A stretch of DNA of 64,000 nucleotides from assembly GCA_023334545.1 (NCBI GenBank), contig JAADVB010000088.1, positions 1,798 through 65,797 of the forward strand. Direction: 5' to 3'. The first letter of the stretch is position 1. Each line of letters begins with the position of its first letter. Position numbers and translations under genes: made by a program. Below are positions 21,849-32,206 of this stretch, piece by piece. The notes under the pieces are model-generated. The model worked only from the letters and a program-made list of their open reading frames with translations. It was not told where the DNA came from and made no database searches. Source of the stretch: Salisapilia sapeloensis CBS 127946 (taxonomy: Eukaryota > Protista > Oomycota).

Positions 21849-22577
21849 ATGACGGCATCATATTTCTACTTGGCAACTACGCTTCTGATTAACTTGACGT
21901 TCTTTGATGCCTTGTCAATAGCTCAAAATAGTGACAGATGGCCGCCGAGTCTTGATTATTTCGAGCAATACTTGGACGAAGTACGCCAGGAAGCAGCTAC
22001 GAAAGAACAGGAGCTTATCGACCAACTCCAGATCGCTCGTAACTCTATATTGCAATGGCCGAGCAAAGAACAGTCGACACAATTAGATCCAAAGCAAAGG
22101 TTGGAAAGCCAATTCAATAGTCTCCTGGAAACGTCCATGGAAGAGCTCGAGTATGAAAAGCAAAAACTGTACCTTGAAATGGACATTGCCGTTCGTCAGA
22201 TTGAAGAATATATGACCAAAGCAAAGGAAATGAAGAAGACGCAGGAAAAGCAGGCGACGACTCGCACTCCAGGTCTATTCTACATCCTCCAGAGCCTATT
22301 CCAAGATTTTATGACCTGGACTATGAACGTCATGGCCACTGTGTGGGAGACACTCGTGATGCTACCTCTACGATGGCTATGGAACCAAATTGTATACGCC
22401 TGGTATAATATCATTGTGCCATTCCTATGGCTCAGTGGTCTCCTCGCCGTCTCCTACGCCCTTATCCAGGCAACTATTCGTGGTTTTGATATGTATAAGC
22501 AGAATCAGCGGGAGAAGAAGGTAGTATATTCCGAACGTAGACGTATCCGTCGATCGTCTAAACCCGAGTCCAGCTAG
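21849..22577 (+). CDS. Hypothetical membrane protein (signal-like N-terminus, coiled coil, C-terminal TM segment)
   Basis: 242-aa ORF with a hydrophobic N-terminus, an E/Q/K-rich heptad region and an aromatic TM near the C-terminus. No family recognised. Confidence 0.6.
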   Translation: MTASYFYLATTLLINLTFFDALSIAQNSDRWPPSLDYFEQYLDEVRQEAATKEQELIDQLQIARNSILQWPSKEQSTQLDPKQRLESQFNSLLETSMEELEYEKQKLYLEMDIAVRQIEEYMTKAKEMKKTQEKQATTRTPGLFYILQSLFQDFMTWTMNVMATVWETLVMLPLRWLWNQIVYAWYNIIVPFLWLSGLLAVSYALIQATIRGFDMYKQNQREKKVVYSERRRIRRSSKPESS

Positions 22578-22612
22578 TTATGCCTAACGGTCCCCTTCGT
22601 TCTACTCCATTT

Positions 22613-23568
22613 TTATTCTAATTGAATAAATCTCGTTGCCTGTCGATGCTCTGTCTGCAGAATGTCTTCAATATCTTCCACAGTCACGTTTTCCACTTGA
22701 AAGTGGTGATGTAATTCCTTCTCGAGTTCCTCTAAAAAGTGTCGTTTGTCCTCCAAGACCGATTGTAAAGGCTGGAGGAACTCTAGATGACTACGCTGTT
22801 CCCGATACTTGGGCTGCCGAGCTGGATTTGTCAGGTATTCCATATTCGATGGTTGGAATTGCCATAAAAACGAAGTGTGGTGCAACCATCGGTCCTTGGA
22901 GATACTTTGGGCGTTGCCTGCGATCTTCTTGTCATCAAAAACGTAGTCATCTTCCCTTAAACCAAACGTCTACAGGCCCAATAGCATATATAAATCGTCA
23001 TGTAACTGCTTAACAAGGATATTAGGTACGTGTTGATGGCCACATAGACGGTCAAAGAGCGGAGAGAAGAAGGTGTTGGACCATGACATGATTTCACGTG
23101 GATACGGCTTGACATGGGGAAAGGAATCCTGCCACAAACTTGTAAAATCATTGTTATTTCATAAATTAGGATATGAAATACTTGTTTGCAGATGAAAGTC
23201 GTAAAGACCGTGTCTTGATCCACAATGACCGTGCCTCCTCCAGTAAATCGTTTCAAGACAGGAATGTTATCTCTAGAGAACTTCATCATCAGATTTTCAT
23301 ATCACTTGAGACTTTATTGGCATGCTTTTGCAACTGAAAAGTCATAAAAATATCCTATACAAATATATCCATACCTTTTCACAGCGTCTGCATGGAGCAA
23401 TTGGTCAGGTTTGCCACCAATACCCATGACAATAGTCGGTGGAGTACTCTCCTGATTCAGCAAGAACCAATTATGCTGCTTTTCAACTCGAAAGATCGCT
23501 TCCTCGATCCGTAATTGCTCTTGGATCGGTACGCCTCGTAGGCGTAGCAACTTTAAGCTCGGCTTCAT
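22613..23568 (-). CDS. Biotin/lipoate A/B protein ligase family protein; multi-exon
   Basis: Exon fragments EQLRIEEAIFR...PPTIVMGIGGKP, IPVLKRFTGGGTVIVDQDT and HHTSFLW...YREQRSHLEFL. Confidence 0.85.
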
Positions 23569-23798
23569 CCTCGACGCGATTTTTAACAAGTACTTGGCAT
23601 TGAAATCGAAACAAAACGTTTAAATTCTTCCATTTCTCATACCTACACCCTTTTCCAGCTTTTAAACACACATACCATACTAATTTATAGATAAAGCCAG
23701 ATATATGTATCATCTACATCATGTACAAAACAGAAAGCCTTTTTCCCAACAGAACCGCATAAAACTAAAATCGAACGGTTCGCAACGCTCGAACAAGC

Positions 23799-26024
23799 AT
23801 GGGTCGAGGCCGATCTGCCATTTGGGAATACTTTATTCACGGTGATGTCGAAACACGCTCCGGGCGTGTGCGTACGATCGCTCGGTGCAATTTTTGCGGA
23901 CATGATGTTGCTAGTCAGCCAGAACGAATGAGAAAACACTTGCAAAAGTGTGAAAGCACTCCTCTCGAAGCCAAGTCGAAGGCACAGACACTGCCACCGG
24001 CGTCGAGCACCGTCGGGCTGGCTAGTAGCCCCAACTTTCCTTCCGGGAAGCGTAAAGTGAATGGAGTCGACGGGAACGACTATCCGAAGCGCATGAAGAA
24101 GTATGAGACGGAACCGAATAAGCTGCTCTCTCCGTCGAGGAAGAAAGATGGGATGGAGGAGGCGGTCGATACGGCGACCAATGCCTTCTTCCACGAACGA
24201 GCCGATGAAAGTTTCGTCAAGATGTGTATCTCTGGCAATCTCAGCTGGAGCACTTTGGACAACAAATTCTTCATCGAAGGTGTCGGTGCCCTACGTCCGT
24301 CCTACTATCCTCCGTCCAGTGTCGTCGCACAGCGCAAGATTGTCCCAGAGCTCGTGCAGAAAATGGCCACGGAATCTGCCACCTTCCTGCAGCAATCGAG
24401 CAACCTGACCCTCATCCTCCAGGCCACGACCGCAGCGTCATCGACGAATTGGATTGTAGTGGACAATACTGGAGGATCCGCAGTCGTTCGTAGCCAACAA
24501 CCGACGGATTGTCAAGAAGCCACCTCAGTCTTATTGACAGTGATGGCGGAACTGCAGACGCAGACGAGTGCTTCTATCTCTGTCTGTTGCGAATCCACGG
24601 ATGTCTTCCGAAAACTCAAACAGAGCGAAAGCTTTTCCGAGATGGACGTGCCTCACATTGGTGCTTGCATGGGTACCCAGACGGCTCATATCTTTGGTGA
24701 CTTACTGAGCTGTTGTCCACAAGTCAGTCTCCTCTTGTCTTCTTGTCTTGAACTCGTTAATTTCCTAGATCACTCGAGTGACTTTCAACAGATCCTTGGA
24801 ACTACTCCCTTGAGATTCAAAAAGCCCTACTTGTCCTCCTGGCATGTCTTCATGGCCAACCTCAAGTACATGCTGTCTCTCGAGTCCGCCATTCGCAACG
24901 CAATGGTACCGTTCGCCACGGACCCGACACTCCTGAGTCAGTCTGACTTTATCCCACCCACCATCAAGACACTACTAAACGACGACAATCTATGGGACCA
25001 CTGGCGGCATCTCGATCACTTGCTACAGCCGCTGACATTCACGCATCTCCTCAGTGAATGCAACCACACATCTGCCGCTCAGTTCCTCGTGACTTGGTTC
25101 TGGCTCCACGCCACAGCTTCCAACAGTCCTCTCCTTGATGCCTCCCAAAGACAAACGTTTCGTATGAAATTCCAAGGCCGGATCCGAAAGTACGTAACGC
25201 CACTCCAATTCTCTTCCTTCCTTGTCGATTTAAAAGTACGTAATACTGGCTTATCGGAAGTTGGGCAACGGTGTGTGAAAAAGATGTTTGCAAAAGAATG
25301 TCTACGTATGCATGCACGAGGAGTAAAGAGTGAGAATGGACCGACGTACTTGCACGTGTTTGAAGAAGTCGATCTCTTTGATCGAAAGCAGAGTCCGTAT
25401 GAAGATCAGGATGAGTTCATCCAGAATAGTGCTATCTTCTGGAAACACCTCAAGGACAGAGTCATTGCGGCCTGTGCACTGATCGCAGTGGAATACGTAT
25501 GCGTGTCATCCGACTGCAATCAATACTGGCACAGTCTCCTCTCGTCCTGTGCCAGTCCTACTATTTCTAGTCACAACGTCCCGTCGCCTCCAACGACTGT
25601 CTTTGCAGATGCGTATCAGAAACTCAAGATCCATCTCACTCGTCAGACGACACCAAAACTATCCATTGCAGAAGCGAAGACAAAGTACGATGGTTTGGTC
25701 GAAGAGACGAGCGCTTTCCCGTCACTCTTAGATCCGTCGTCCAAGCCGAATGACTATCGACAGTCCGAATTGGTAGGAGAGCAAGGCCAAGTCCAAGAAA
25801 CGCTGGAGACACTTATTCGAAAGAGCGTCGAGCAAGGTGGCAATGTCATCCAAACGCTATTGGAGAAAAGTCGAGACGACTGGACTGGGATGGAAGATTT
25901 GAATGAATTCACGTTGGACTGGCTTGACAAGAGTGATGACGCCGAAGACAAGTGGCGGAAATGTGCCGCCGGATTCCTAAACTTAGGTCCGACGAACGAC
26001 TTGGACGCAACCCATTGCGTCTAG
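23799..26024 (+). CDS. BED zinc finger + hAT-transposase-derived protein (probably domesticated)
   Basis: BED finger: IWEYF...CNFC...HLQKC. hAT-like segment: FVKMCISGNLSWSTLDNKFF...LRPSYYPPS. Intact intronless 741-aa ORF. The catalytic DGW motif is absent and no TIRs were seen. Confidence 0.7.
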   Translation: MGRGRSAIWEYFIHGDVETRSGRVRTIARCNFCGHDVASQPERMRKHLQKCESTPLEAKSKAQTLPPASSTVGLASSPNFPSGKRKVNGVDGNDYPKRMKKYETEPNKLLSPSRKKDGMEEAVDTATNAFFHERADESFVKMCISGNLSWSTLDNKFFIEGVGALRPSYYPPSSVVAQRKIVPELVQKMATESATFLQQSSNLTLILQATTAASSTNWIVVDNTGGSAVVRSQQPTDCQEATSVLLTVMAELQTQTSASISVCCESTDVFRKLKQSESFSEMDVPHIGACMGTQTAHIFGDLLSCCPQVSLLLSSCLELVNFLDHSSDFQQILGTTPLRFKKPYLSSWHVFMANLKYMLSLESAIRNAMVPFATDPTLLSQSDFIPPTIKTLLNDDNLWDHWRHLDHLLQPLTFTHLLSECNHTSAAQFLVTWFWLHATASNSPLLDASQRQTFRMKFQGRIRKYVTPLQFSSFLVDLKVRNTGLSEVGQRCVKKMFAKECLRMHARGVKSENGPTYLHVFEEVDLFDRKQSPYEDQDEFIQNSAIFWKHLKDRVIAACALIAVEYVCVSSDCNQYWHSLLSSCASPTISSHNVPSPPTTVFADAYQKLKIHLTRQTTPKLSIAEAKTKYDGLVEETSAFPSLLDPSSKPNDYRQSELVGEQGQVQETLETLIRKSVEQGGNVIQTLLEKSRDDWTGMEDLNEFTLDWLDKSDDAEDKWRKCAAGFLNLGPTNDLDATHCV

Positions 26025-26094
26025 ACTATAACAAAGAGGTAAAAATACTAGTTGCCATTTATCACTAGTACAACACAATAAGATCTTGGATTTA

Positions 26095-27501
26095 TCACAC
26101 AGCTTCAATGGATTGTTTCGCATTTACACGGCCGTAGCCAAAAAAGTTGTTCGGAAAGTCTTTCGATGACGTCGAGCCACATACTTCCTTGATGTCTCTA
26201 TCGACAAACCGGTTCGTGTGGAGCGCTAGACCGTGTGTGATTTGGTCAAACGTCAGCTTTGGGTTCTTCTCCAACATCAATGCGACAGTACCAGCGACAT
26301 GGGGAGCTGCCATGCTTGTACCTGACTTGGAAGCGTAGTCCGAATCGCCTTCTGCGGACGCAGAGACGATATTCGAGCCAGGAGCAGAGACGTCCGGTTT
26401 CTGGTAACCTCGACTGGGTGATCCTCGACTGCTCGTCGAATGCAGCTTTTCGTCGTAGTTGGTGGCCCCAACGCCGATTGTGTTCGCGTAGTCACCTGGA
26501 GATAGCGCTGTGTTACATTCCGGACCAGAATTGCCGATGGCAACGACTGGTACGATGCCAGCTCGTCTCCAAGCGTCAACATTCTTTTGAAAGAACGGGT
26601 CATTCGGTCCAACGCCCCAACTGTTGAGCACAATGTCAGGAGCTTTGCTACAGTCTGGGTCCGATCCGTCCGGATTGGAAGGACACATGACGAACTCGGC
26701 ACACGCGTCCAAGTCGGAGGCGTAGCATCCGTCTGATCGACATCCTTTACAGGCGATCCATTGGGCCTCGGGAGCAACACCATAGCCGCTCGAGCCAACG
26801 GCAGTAGCAATTGTGTGTGTACCATGGCCGTTGTCATCGTAAGGTGACGATTTGTGTTCTTTTGGATCAAACCACCCGTGGTCAGAGCGCCAATTTGCAC
26901 GCAAGACTTCATGAGTTCCACGTACTCCAGTGTCCAGTGAAGCTACAACGACTCCTTTGCCAGTGATACCTTTTGCCCAAACTTCTGGTGCTTCGATACG
27001 TTGGACACCCCATTGTGCAGAATAGGACTTCAAGTGCCTCAAGTTACCATTTTCTGTTGATAAAATGGGAAACACAGGCTCTGTGGAAATGTGCGCAATG
27101 GATGGGATAGCTTGTAACTCTGAAAGCATCTCTTTTGCCGCACCTTGGATGTATACTCGGCCGCCGATCCATGAAGTCTTTGTACCTTTGCAAGACGGAA
27201 TCTGTCGCTCGTCTAGGCTCTTAATTAAATCCAGAATCGGAGCTTGCTTTTCTAACACTCGACCTTTCAGGTGCTGAACAAGTTCATCGATTTCAAGCGC
27301 CCGAGCAATGTTATCCAATGATGTAACGATCGTCGACCCGACCGAGTCGATCAAATCCTCTTCGGATTCCACCATGTCAAGCATAAGGTCGACACTGTCT
27401 TGGGTTTCCAATCTGCGATGCACGTCGGGATGAACCACAGGTAGACCGGAGATATGGGCTACGTATGTCAACAAGAGACATGCTGTGAAGAGGAAGGTCA
27501 T
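26095..27501 (-). CDS. Secreted subtilisin-like protease (S8), array copy 1
   Basis: Signal peptide from ATG 27501. Motifs ASLDTG, HGTHTIA, GNSG and GTSMAAPH. Confidence 0.93.
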   Translation of the reverse strand: MTFLFTACLLLTYVAHISGLPVVHPDVHRRLETQDSVDLMLDMVESEEDLIDSVGSTIVTSLDNIARALEIDELVQHLKGRVLEKQAPILDLIKSLDERQIPSCKGTKTSWIGGRVYIQGAAKEMLSELQAIPSIAHISTEPVFPILSTENGNLRHLKSYSAQWGVQRIEAPEVWAKGITGKGVVVASLDTGVRGTHEVLRANWRSDHGWFDPKEHKSSPYDDNGHGTHTIATAVGSSGYGVAPEAQWIACKGCRSDGCYASDLDACAEFVMCPSNPDGSDPDCSKAPDIVLNSWGVGPNDPFFQKNVDAWRRAGIVPVVAIGNSGPECNTALSPGDYANTIGVGATNYDEKLHSTSSRGSPSRGYQKPDVSAPGSNIVSASAEGDSDYASKSGTSMAAPHVAGTVALMLEKNPKLTFDQITHGLALHTNRFVDRDIKEVCGSTSSKDFPNNFFGYGRVNAKQSIEAV

Positions 27502-27534
27502 GGTGAAGTCTGGTCGTGGCACTAGGACTGCGAC

Positions 27535-27545
27535 TTGGGAAATGA
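27535..27545 (-). promoter_or_regulatory. INR-like element TCATTTCCCAA
   Basis: Same TCATTTCYCAA core as upstream of array copies 2 and 3, ~35 nt upstream of the ATG. Confidence 0.5.
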
Positions 27546-28183
27546 ACTTTTCGTCATTACTGTAGAGCCAAACAGATAACCGGTTTTGGGCATTTATACC
27601 GTATACCGTACAACAATAGCGACAGCATGCAAAAGACAGTTAAATCAAGAAGTACAATCAACCACCATGTACGTATTACTTAGCTTGAATCTGACCTATC
27701 ACGATGGCTTTATCTGGTCCTCAAACATTTCTCGCTATGTCGCAGCTATGTGATAGGATATTTTTTTCATGCAAAAAATACTTACTTAAAGGTAATGCGA
27801 CGGGTAAAAGCATAAACTAAAATTAGACTCCACCATCGAAATGTTGGAGACCAGAGTTTCCAGATATGAGATCCTCGAACGTTTTCACATTTTCTTCTGG
27901 TAAACAGAGGGGCATGAACGTTCAAGTAAGCATCCATCTGCCTTTACAATCAAGCGTTCATGATACGATGCGGTGGCAAGTTCGTGAGCACCAAAATTAA
28001 AAGATGAATTTCTATTCACTTGTTCAGACTTCAACATTAAGCAATTATGTTGTCGACCGTCAGTTTCAATGGAAAAGATGAGTTTCCGAAGTAAAAGAGA
28101 TTTGTACTTTGTTGCGTTTGAATGTCGATGGGAACCAAAAGTGGCATGAAAGCAAAATTCAAATAGAGTAAGCCCCATCAATA

Positions 28184-29608
28184 CTATTGAAATTGCTGGA
28201 ATTGCGAGCTGGTAATCGCATCATACGCGTTGATCAGACCGTACCCAGATTCGTCATTCTTCCAGCTTGGGTCGCTTGGTCTTCCACAAGTGGAACTGGA
28301 GACCGTTATATCCTTCTTGGCGTTGTATGAAAAAATGTATTTGATCATCTTGGCATTTAGACCCGGTTGCTCGCTCATGACAAGTGCCGCAGCACCGGAA
28401 AAGTAGGGAGCAGCCATACTGGTACCAGAGCTTGTAGTATAGCTTGTATCGCTGTCACGCGACGTCGTCCGAATGCCATCTCCTGGGGCGACAAAGTCTG
28501 GTTTCGTATGGCGCTGCGCAGACGGCCCTCGCGCACTGCTTGATCTCAGAGCGTTATTTACGTCTAAAGCACCAATACCGATGCTAACGTCGTAGTCACC
28601 AGGAGACTCAACACTAGAGCAGCCTGAGCCAGAGTTTCCAGCTGCAAAAACCGGGACAATACCAGCTCGTTCCCATGCGTACACAGTACAATAGAAGAAA
28701 TCATCATACCGACCAACTCCCCAGCTATTGCTGATAATATCTGGAGCTTTAGAGCAGTCTTCATTGCCCCAGTAATCTGTCGGACACAGCATCCACTGTC
28801 CACATTTCTTTAGATCCGATTCAAGGCATCTACCTCCTTTGCAGCCATGGCAAGCAATCCATTCGGCTTCTGGAGCAACGCCGGTACCTTTGTCTCCAAC
28901 CGCCACACCGGCAACTTTTGTGCCATGACCATGACTGTCGTAAGGGTAAGGAACGTTATCAGCAGGGTCGTACCAGCCATAGCTTTGGCGAAAATTATCA
29001 CGAAGGGCTTCGTGTTGGACGTTGACACCAGTGTCGATAATACCGATGACGACGCCACTGCCTCTTGTGCCTCGATCCCAGACTTGCGGTGCTGAAATTT
29101 TCTCAATGCCCCATGGAATATCTTCATCTTGCTCCGCAACAGATACTGCCGCGTCTTCATCCAATTCGACAATGGAGTTGGCTCTAATGAAACTTTCATC
29201 AGGCACTTGACCTAGAAGAGCTTGAAGAATATCGGTCGTGGCGCCGAGAATGCGGCATTCACAACTGATTGGAATCGTTTCACTTGTTGGTCTACCCACC
29301 CCCAAAAGTATGTGGACGAGTCCGAAGACAAGTTGAAGGACCTGCTGTAGCAAGCTCTCACAATTGGGAGCTGTGTCGTGAATCATTCTCTTGATTGCCG
29401 TGATATTCTGCTCTTTTGTCATGCTCGAAGTCAGGTGGAGATCATCAATCTTCTTAATAGGGTCGCACATTGTGACCAATAGATCGACTTCACCGTCCGC
29501 AGCCAACCGACGATGCACTTCTGGATGTACTTCTGGTTTGGCATCCGAGGTGGTCATGGCAGTAACCATTAGAGTGAGCACCACCAACACCAATAATGAG
29601 AGCTTCAT
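28184..29608 (-). CDS. Secreted subtilisin-like protease (S8), array copy 2
   Basis: Signal MKLSLLVLVVLTLMVTA. Motifs GIIDTG, HGHGTKVAG, GNSG and GTSMAAPY. Confidence 0.92.
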   Translation of the reverse strand: MKLSLLVLVVLTLMVTAMTTSDAKPEVHPEVHRRLAADGEVDLLVTMCDPIKKIDDLHLTSSMTKEQNITAIKRMIHDTAPNCESLLQQVLQLVFGLVHILLGVGRPTSETIPISCECRILGATTDILQALLGQVPDESFIRANSIVELDEDAAVSVAEQDEDIPWGIEKISAPQVWDRGTRGSGVVIGIIDTGVNVQHEALRDNFRQSYGWYDPADNVPYPYDSHGHGTKVAGVAVGDKGTGVAPEAEWIACHGCKGGRCLESDLKKCGQWMLCPTDYWGNEDCSKAPDIISNSWGVGRYDDFFYCTVYAWERAGIVPVFAAGNSGSGCSSVESPGDYDVSIGIGALDVNNALRSSSARGPSAQRHTKPDFVAPGDGIRTTSRDSDTSYTTSSGTSMAAPYFSGAAALVMSEQPGLNAKMIKYIFSYNAKKDITVSSSTCGRPSDPSWKNDESGYGLINAYDAITSSQFQQFQ

Positions 29609-29682
29609 TATGCTTATGGTACGAGGAAGTCAGGGATATGGAAAAGAGAGGCCTCGGTCAGGATGTAGATGGCAATAAGCCA

Positions 29683-29697
29683 AAAGTTGAGAAATGA
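29683..29697 (-). promoter_or_regulatory. INR/FPR-like element TCATTTCTCAACTTT
   Basis: The identical 15-mer occurs at 32094-32108. Both lie ~75 nt upstream of a subtilisin ATG. Confidence 0.6.
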
Positions 29698-30577
29698 AAG
29701 CTAAGAGGCTGCTAACGTGTGCGTTGGCAAAGAAACGATGGCCAGGAGCTACGATTATTCACCAAGGAGGCGTTGTATAGAGCAGGCGAAAGGACGGTGG
29801 TATCTTCTACGTTGAATGAGCCATGTAATCATTTAACATATACATCATGTCGGTTTCTACGATTGTAAGCAACTTTGATGTCACGTTGCAAGGACTCTTC
29901 CGACTTTGACCTCTATGTCCACATGACATGCTTATGCACGCCTCTCCAATAGCATGGTATACTTGACTTTAGTTCCCGGTCTATCGCATACGACAACAGA
30001 AAGGCGTCTTCGTTCGTATCAAATCATGTTCTTCTATGCATCTATATGGAGATCGTTCTTTGCTCGCGACATGTTAAGTGCAATTCGCAGAAGGATCTTT
30101 TCGACGTTAGGTCCGAATGGGATTTGTAGCGGTAATACGTTTGACTAATGCCTTCCCTCGTGATCGCATAACATTCCCCACATGTAGAAACCTTGTGCCT
30201 TTCCAGTTAAGATCAATGTAGGAACCTGCGACGGACCATTTCAAATGCGTGGTCGTACACTGGTAGCATGAGTCTAATTGCAAACTACTAGAATATTTAC
30301 CCAAACGATGATGTATTCGCCATCGTGCACCAAGTGCAAGATATAGTGACAAACTTTATTTGACAAAATGTAGAATTTTCTCAAAGCATCTTGTGGTAAC
30401 CTAAAGATTTATGTTTGTGGTTCTCAAATTTCGAAGTCTCGAGGAAGTAGAAATGAAACGTTGAAGTGTATTACATGCTCACTTTGTGAACTGCCCTCGT
30501 CAGCATGCTAGACTTTTCTTTGGTAGTGGAGTGATGGCGGTTAAACACCTTTAAATGTACAAGCAAGTTGCATCGCT

Positions 30578-32017
30578 TTACACAGACGTCATTGCTTGGT
30601 ATCCCTTGATGAGTCCAGCACCATAGCCATTGTTCGGGTACGAAGATGAAGGAGTGCATGTGGATATATCGCTGGCCAGCTCGCGGTCCGCGTTTGCTTG
30701 TAACAACTCCTTGACGTCGTCCACATTCAACTCTTTGTTCTTGCTTTTGAGTAGCAATGCAATGCCTGCAGTATGTGGAGCTGCCATACTCGTACCGGAC
30801 TTGTATACGTAGCTTGTATCGGAAGCAATACCTGCTGATCGAATATTTGCACCAGGTGCAACAACGTCAGGCTTGGTGTGGCCTTGGTAGTTTGGTCCAC
30901 GACTGCTTCGGTCGACAAGACGATCTCCGTTAGTGGCATCAATCGAGCCGACACCAATGACAGTGGTGTAATCTCCTGGTGACACAACTGTTTGGCAGCT
31001 CGGACCGCTGTTGCCGATTGCAAATACGCTAATCATGTCAAGGGCATGCCATGTCTTCATTGCGCACGTGTAGCTTGTATCGCCATAGGATGTGCCCCAA
31101 CTATTAGTGACTACATCTGGAGCTGCATTGCAATCCGAGTTACTTTGTGGTGACCAATAGTCGTGAGGACAGGCCATGAAATCCATACAGGCTATAAGAG
31201 CGCTCTTCCAGCACCCGTTAGATCGGCAGCCCATGCATGCAATCCACTCAGCACCAGGAGCAACACCGATGCCATTCGATCCCACCGCAATGCCCATCGT
31301 GTGGGTTCCGTGACCATGGTCGTCCTGTGGCTGACTCATCGACTCGTCGTATGGGTTGTACCAACCTTTGTAAGATCGGTAACGGTCTTCAAGCGACTCA
31401 TGTTTAAGGAAAACACCAGTATCAATGGATCCAATCACCGTTCCTTCCCCCAACGTTTGGTCATGCTCCCACACTTGGGGAGCTTGAACATCAGTAACAC
31501 CCGGTTCAGCGTTGGCAGTATCCAGCACTTGAGCAGCGATAAAGTCACTCACAAAAGAGAATAGCGCATCGATAAGAGGGATGTTGGAGACTAAGGTTTC
31601 CAGAAGCTGTAGGCTAGGCTTCTTGATTACAAGTTCCATCGACGTGAAGTGGCATCGACAACCCTCATGCTCACTCGGATTAGAGTCACATTCGTTTAAA
31701 ATGTCTTGGAACTTGGTAGTACACATTTGCTTTAACGCTGCAACCACTTTGCTCTTGTAGTTTGGATCAGTCTTCGAAATGGAGATGAAGATAGCGTCCA
31801 TTTCTGCTTGGACCGGCGTTTGGGACGCTACCATCATTATATCAGGAACGTTTTCTAGTCCCAACTTGGTTAGCGTAGTAGACACTGTTTTATCGACTGC
31901 AGCTAGAGCGTCCCCGAGTAGGCCAGCTTGCGCTTCGGCATTGGTTGGTGTAAACGTGCTGGAAGCAACCGAGGTTACGACCAGTACGGCTTTGACAAGC
32001 GACGAGATCAAGTTCAT
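30578..32017 (-). CDS. Secreted subtilisin-like protease (S8), array copy 3, atypical prodomain
   Basis: ATG at 32017. Motifs GSIDTG, HGHGTHTMG, GNSG and GTSMAAPH. Confidence 0.92.
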   Translation of the reverse strand: MNLISSLVKAVLVVTSVASSTFTPTNAEAQAGLLGDALAAVDKTVSTTLTKLGLENVPDIMMVASQTPVQAEMDAIFISISKTDPNYKSKVVAALKQMCTTKFQDILNECDSNPSEHEGCRCHFTSMELVIKKPSLQLLETLVSNIPLIDALFSFVSDFIAAQVLDTANAEPGVTDVQAPQVWEHDQTLGEGTVIGSIDTGVFLKHESLEDRYRSYKGWYNPYDESMSQPQDDHGHGTHTMGIAVGSNGIGVAPGAEWIACMGCRSNGCWKSALIACMDFMACPHDYWSPQSNSDCNAAPDVVTNSWGTSYGDTSYTCAMKTWHALDMISVFAIGNSGPSCQTVVSPGDYTTVIGVGSIDATNGDRLVDRSSRGPNYQGHTKPDVVAPGANIRSAGIASDTSYVYKSGTSMAAPHTAGIALLLKSKNKELNVDDVKELLQANADRELASDISTCTPSSSYPNNGYGAGLIKGYQAMTSV

Positions 32018-32093
32018 GATCAGCAAAAAGTCTTAGGCGCGAAATGTGATTTTTGGGGAATGGGAGTACTTGCAAGGTGTAAGCTAGAGCAAG

Positions 32094-32110
32094 AAAGTTG
32101 AGAAATGAGC
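32094..32110 (-). promoter_or_regulatory. INR/FPR-like element GCTCATTTCTCAACTTT
   Basis: Near match to the oomycete INR+FPR consensus. The 15-mer is shared with 29683-29697. Confidence 0.6.
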
Positions 32111-32206
32111 CTTTAGTGCATCTCTTCCTCAATACTTGCCCCGTCGAGCAAACTTTCGAAGCAATGTTTCCGCTAAGCGACATGAGAAAAGACGCTGTAG
32201 GGATTG

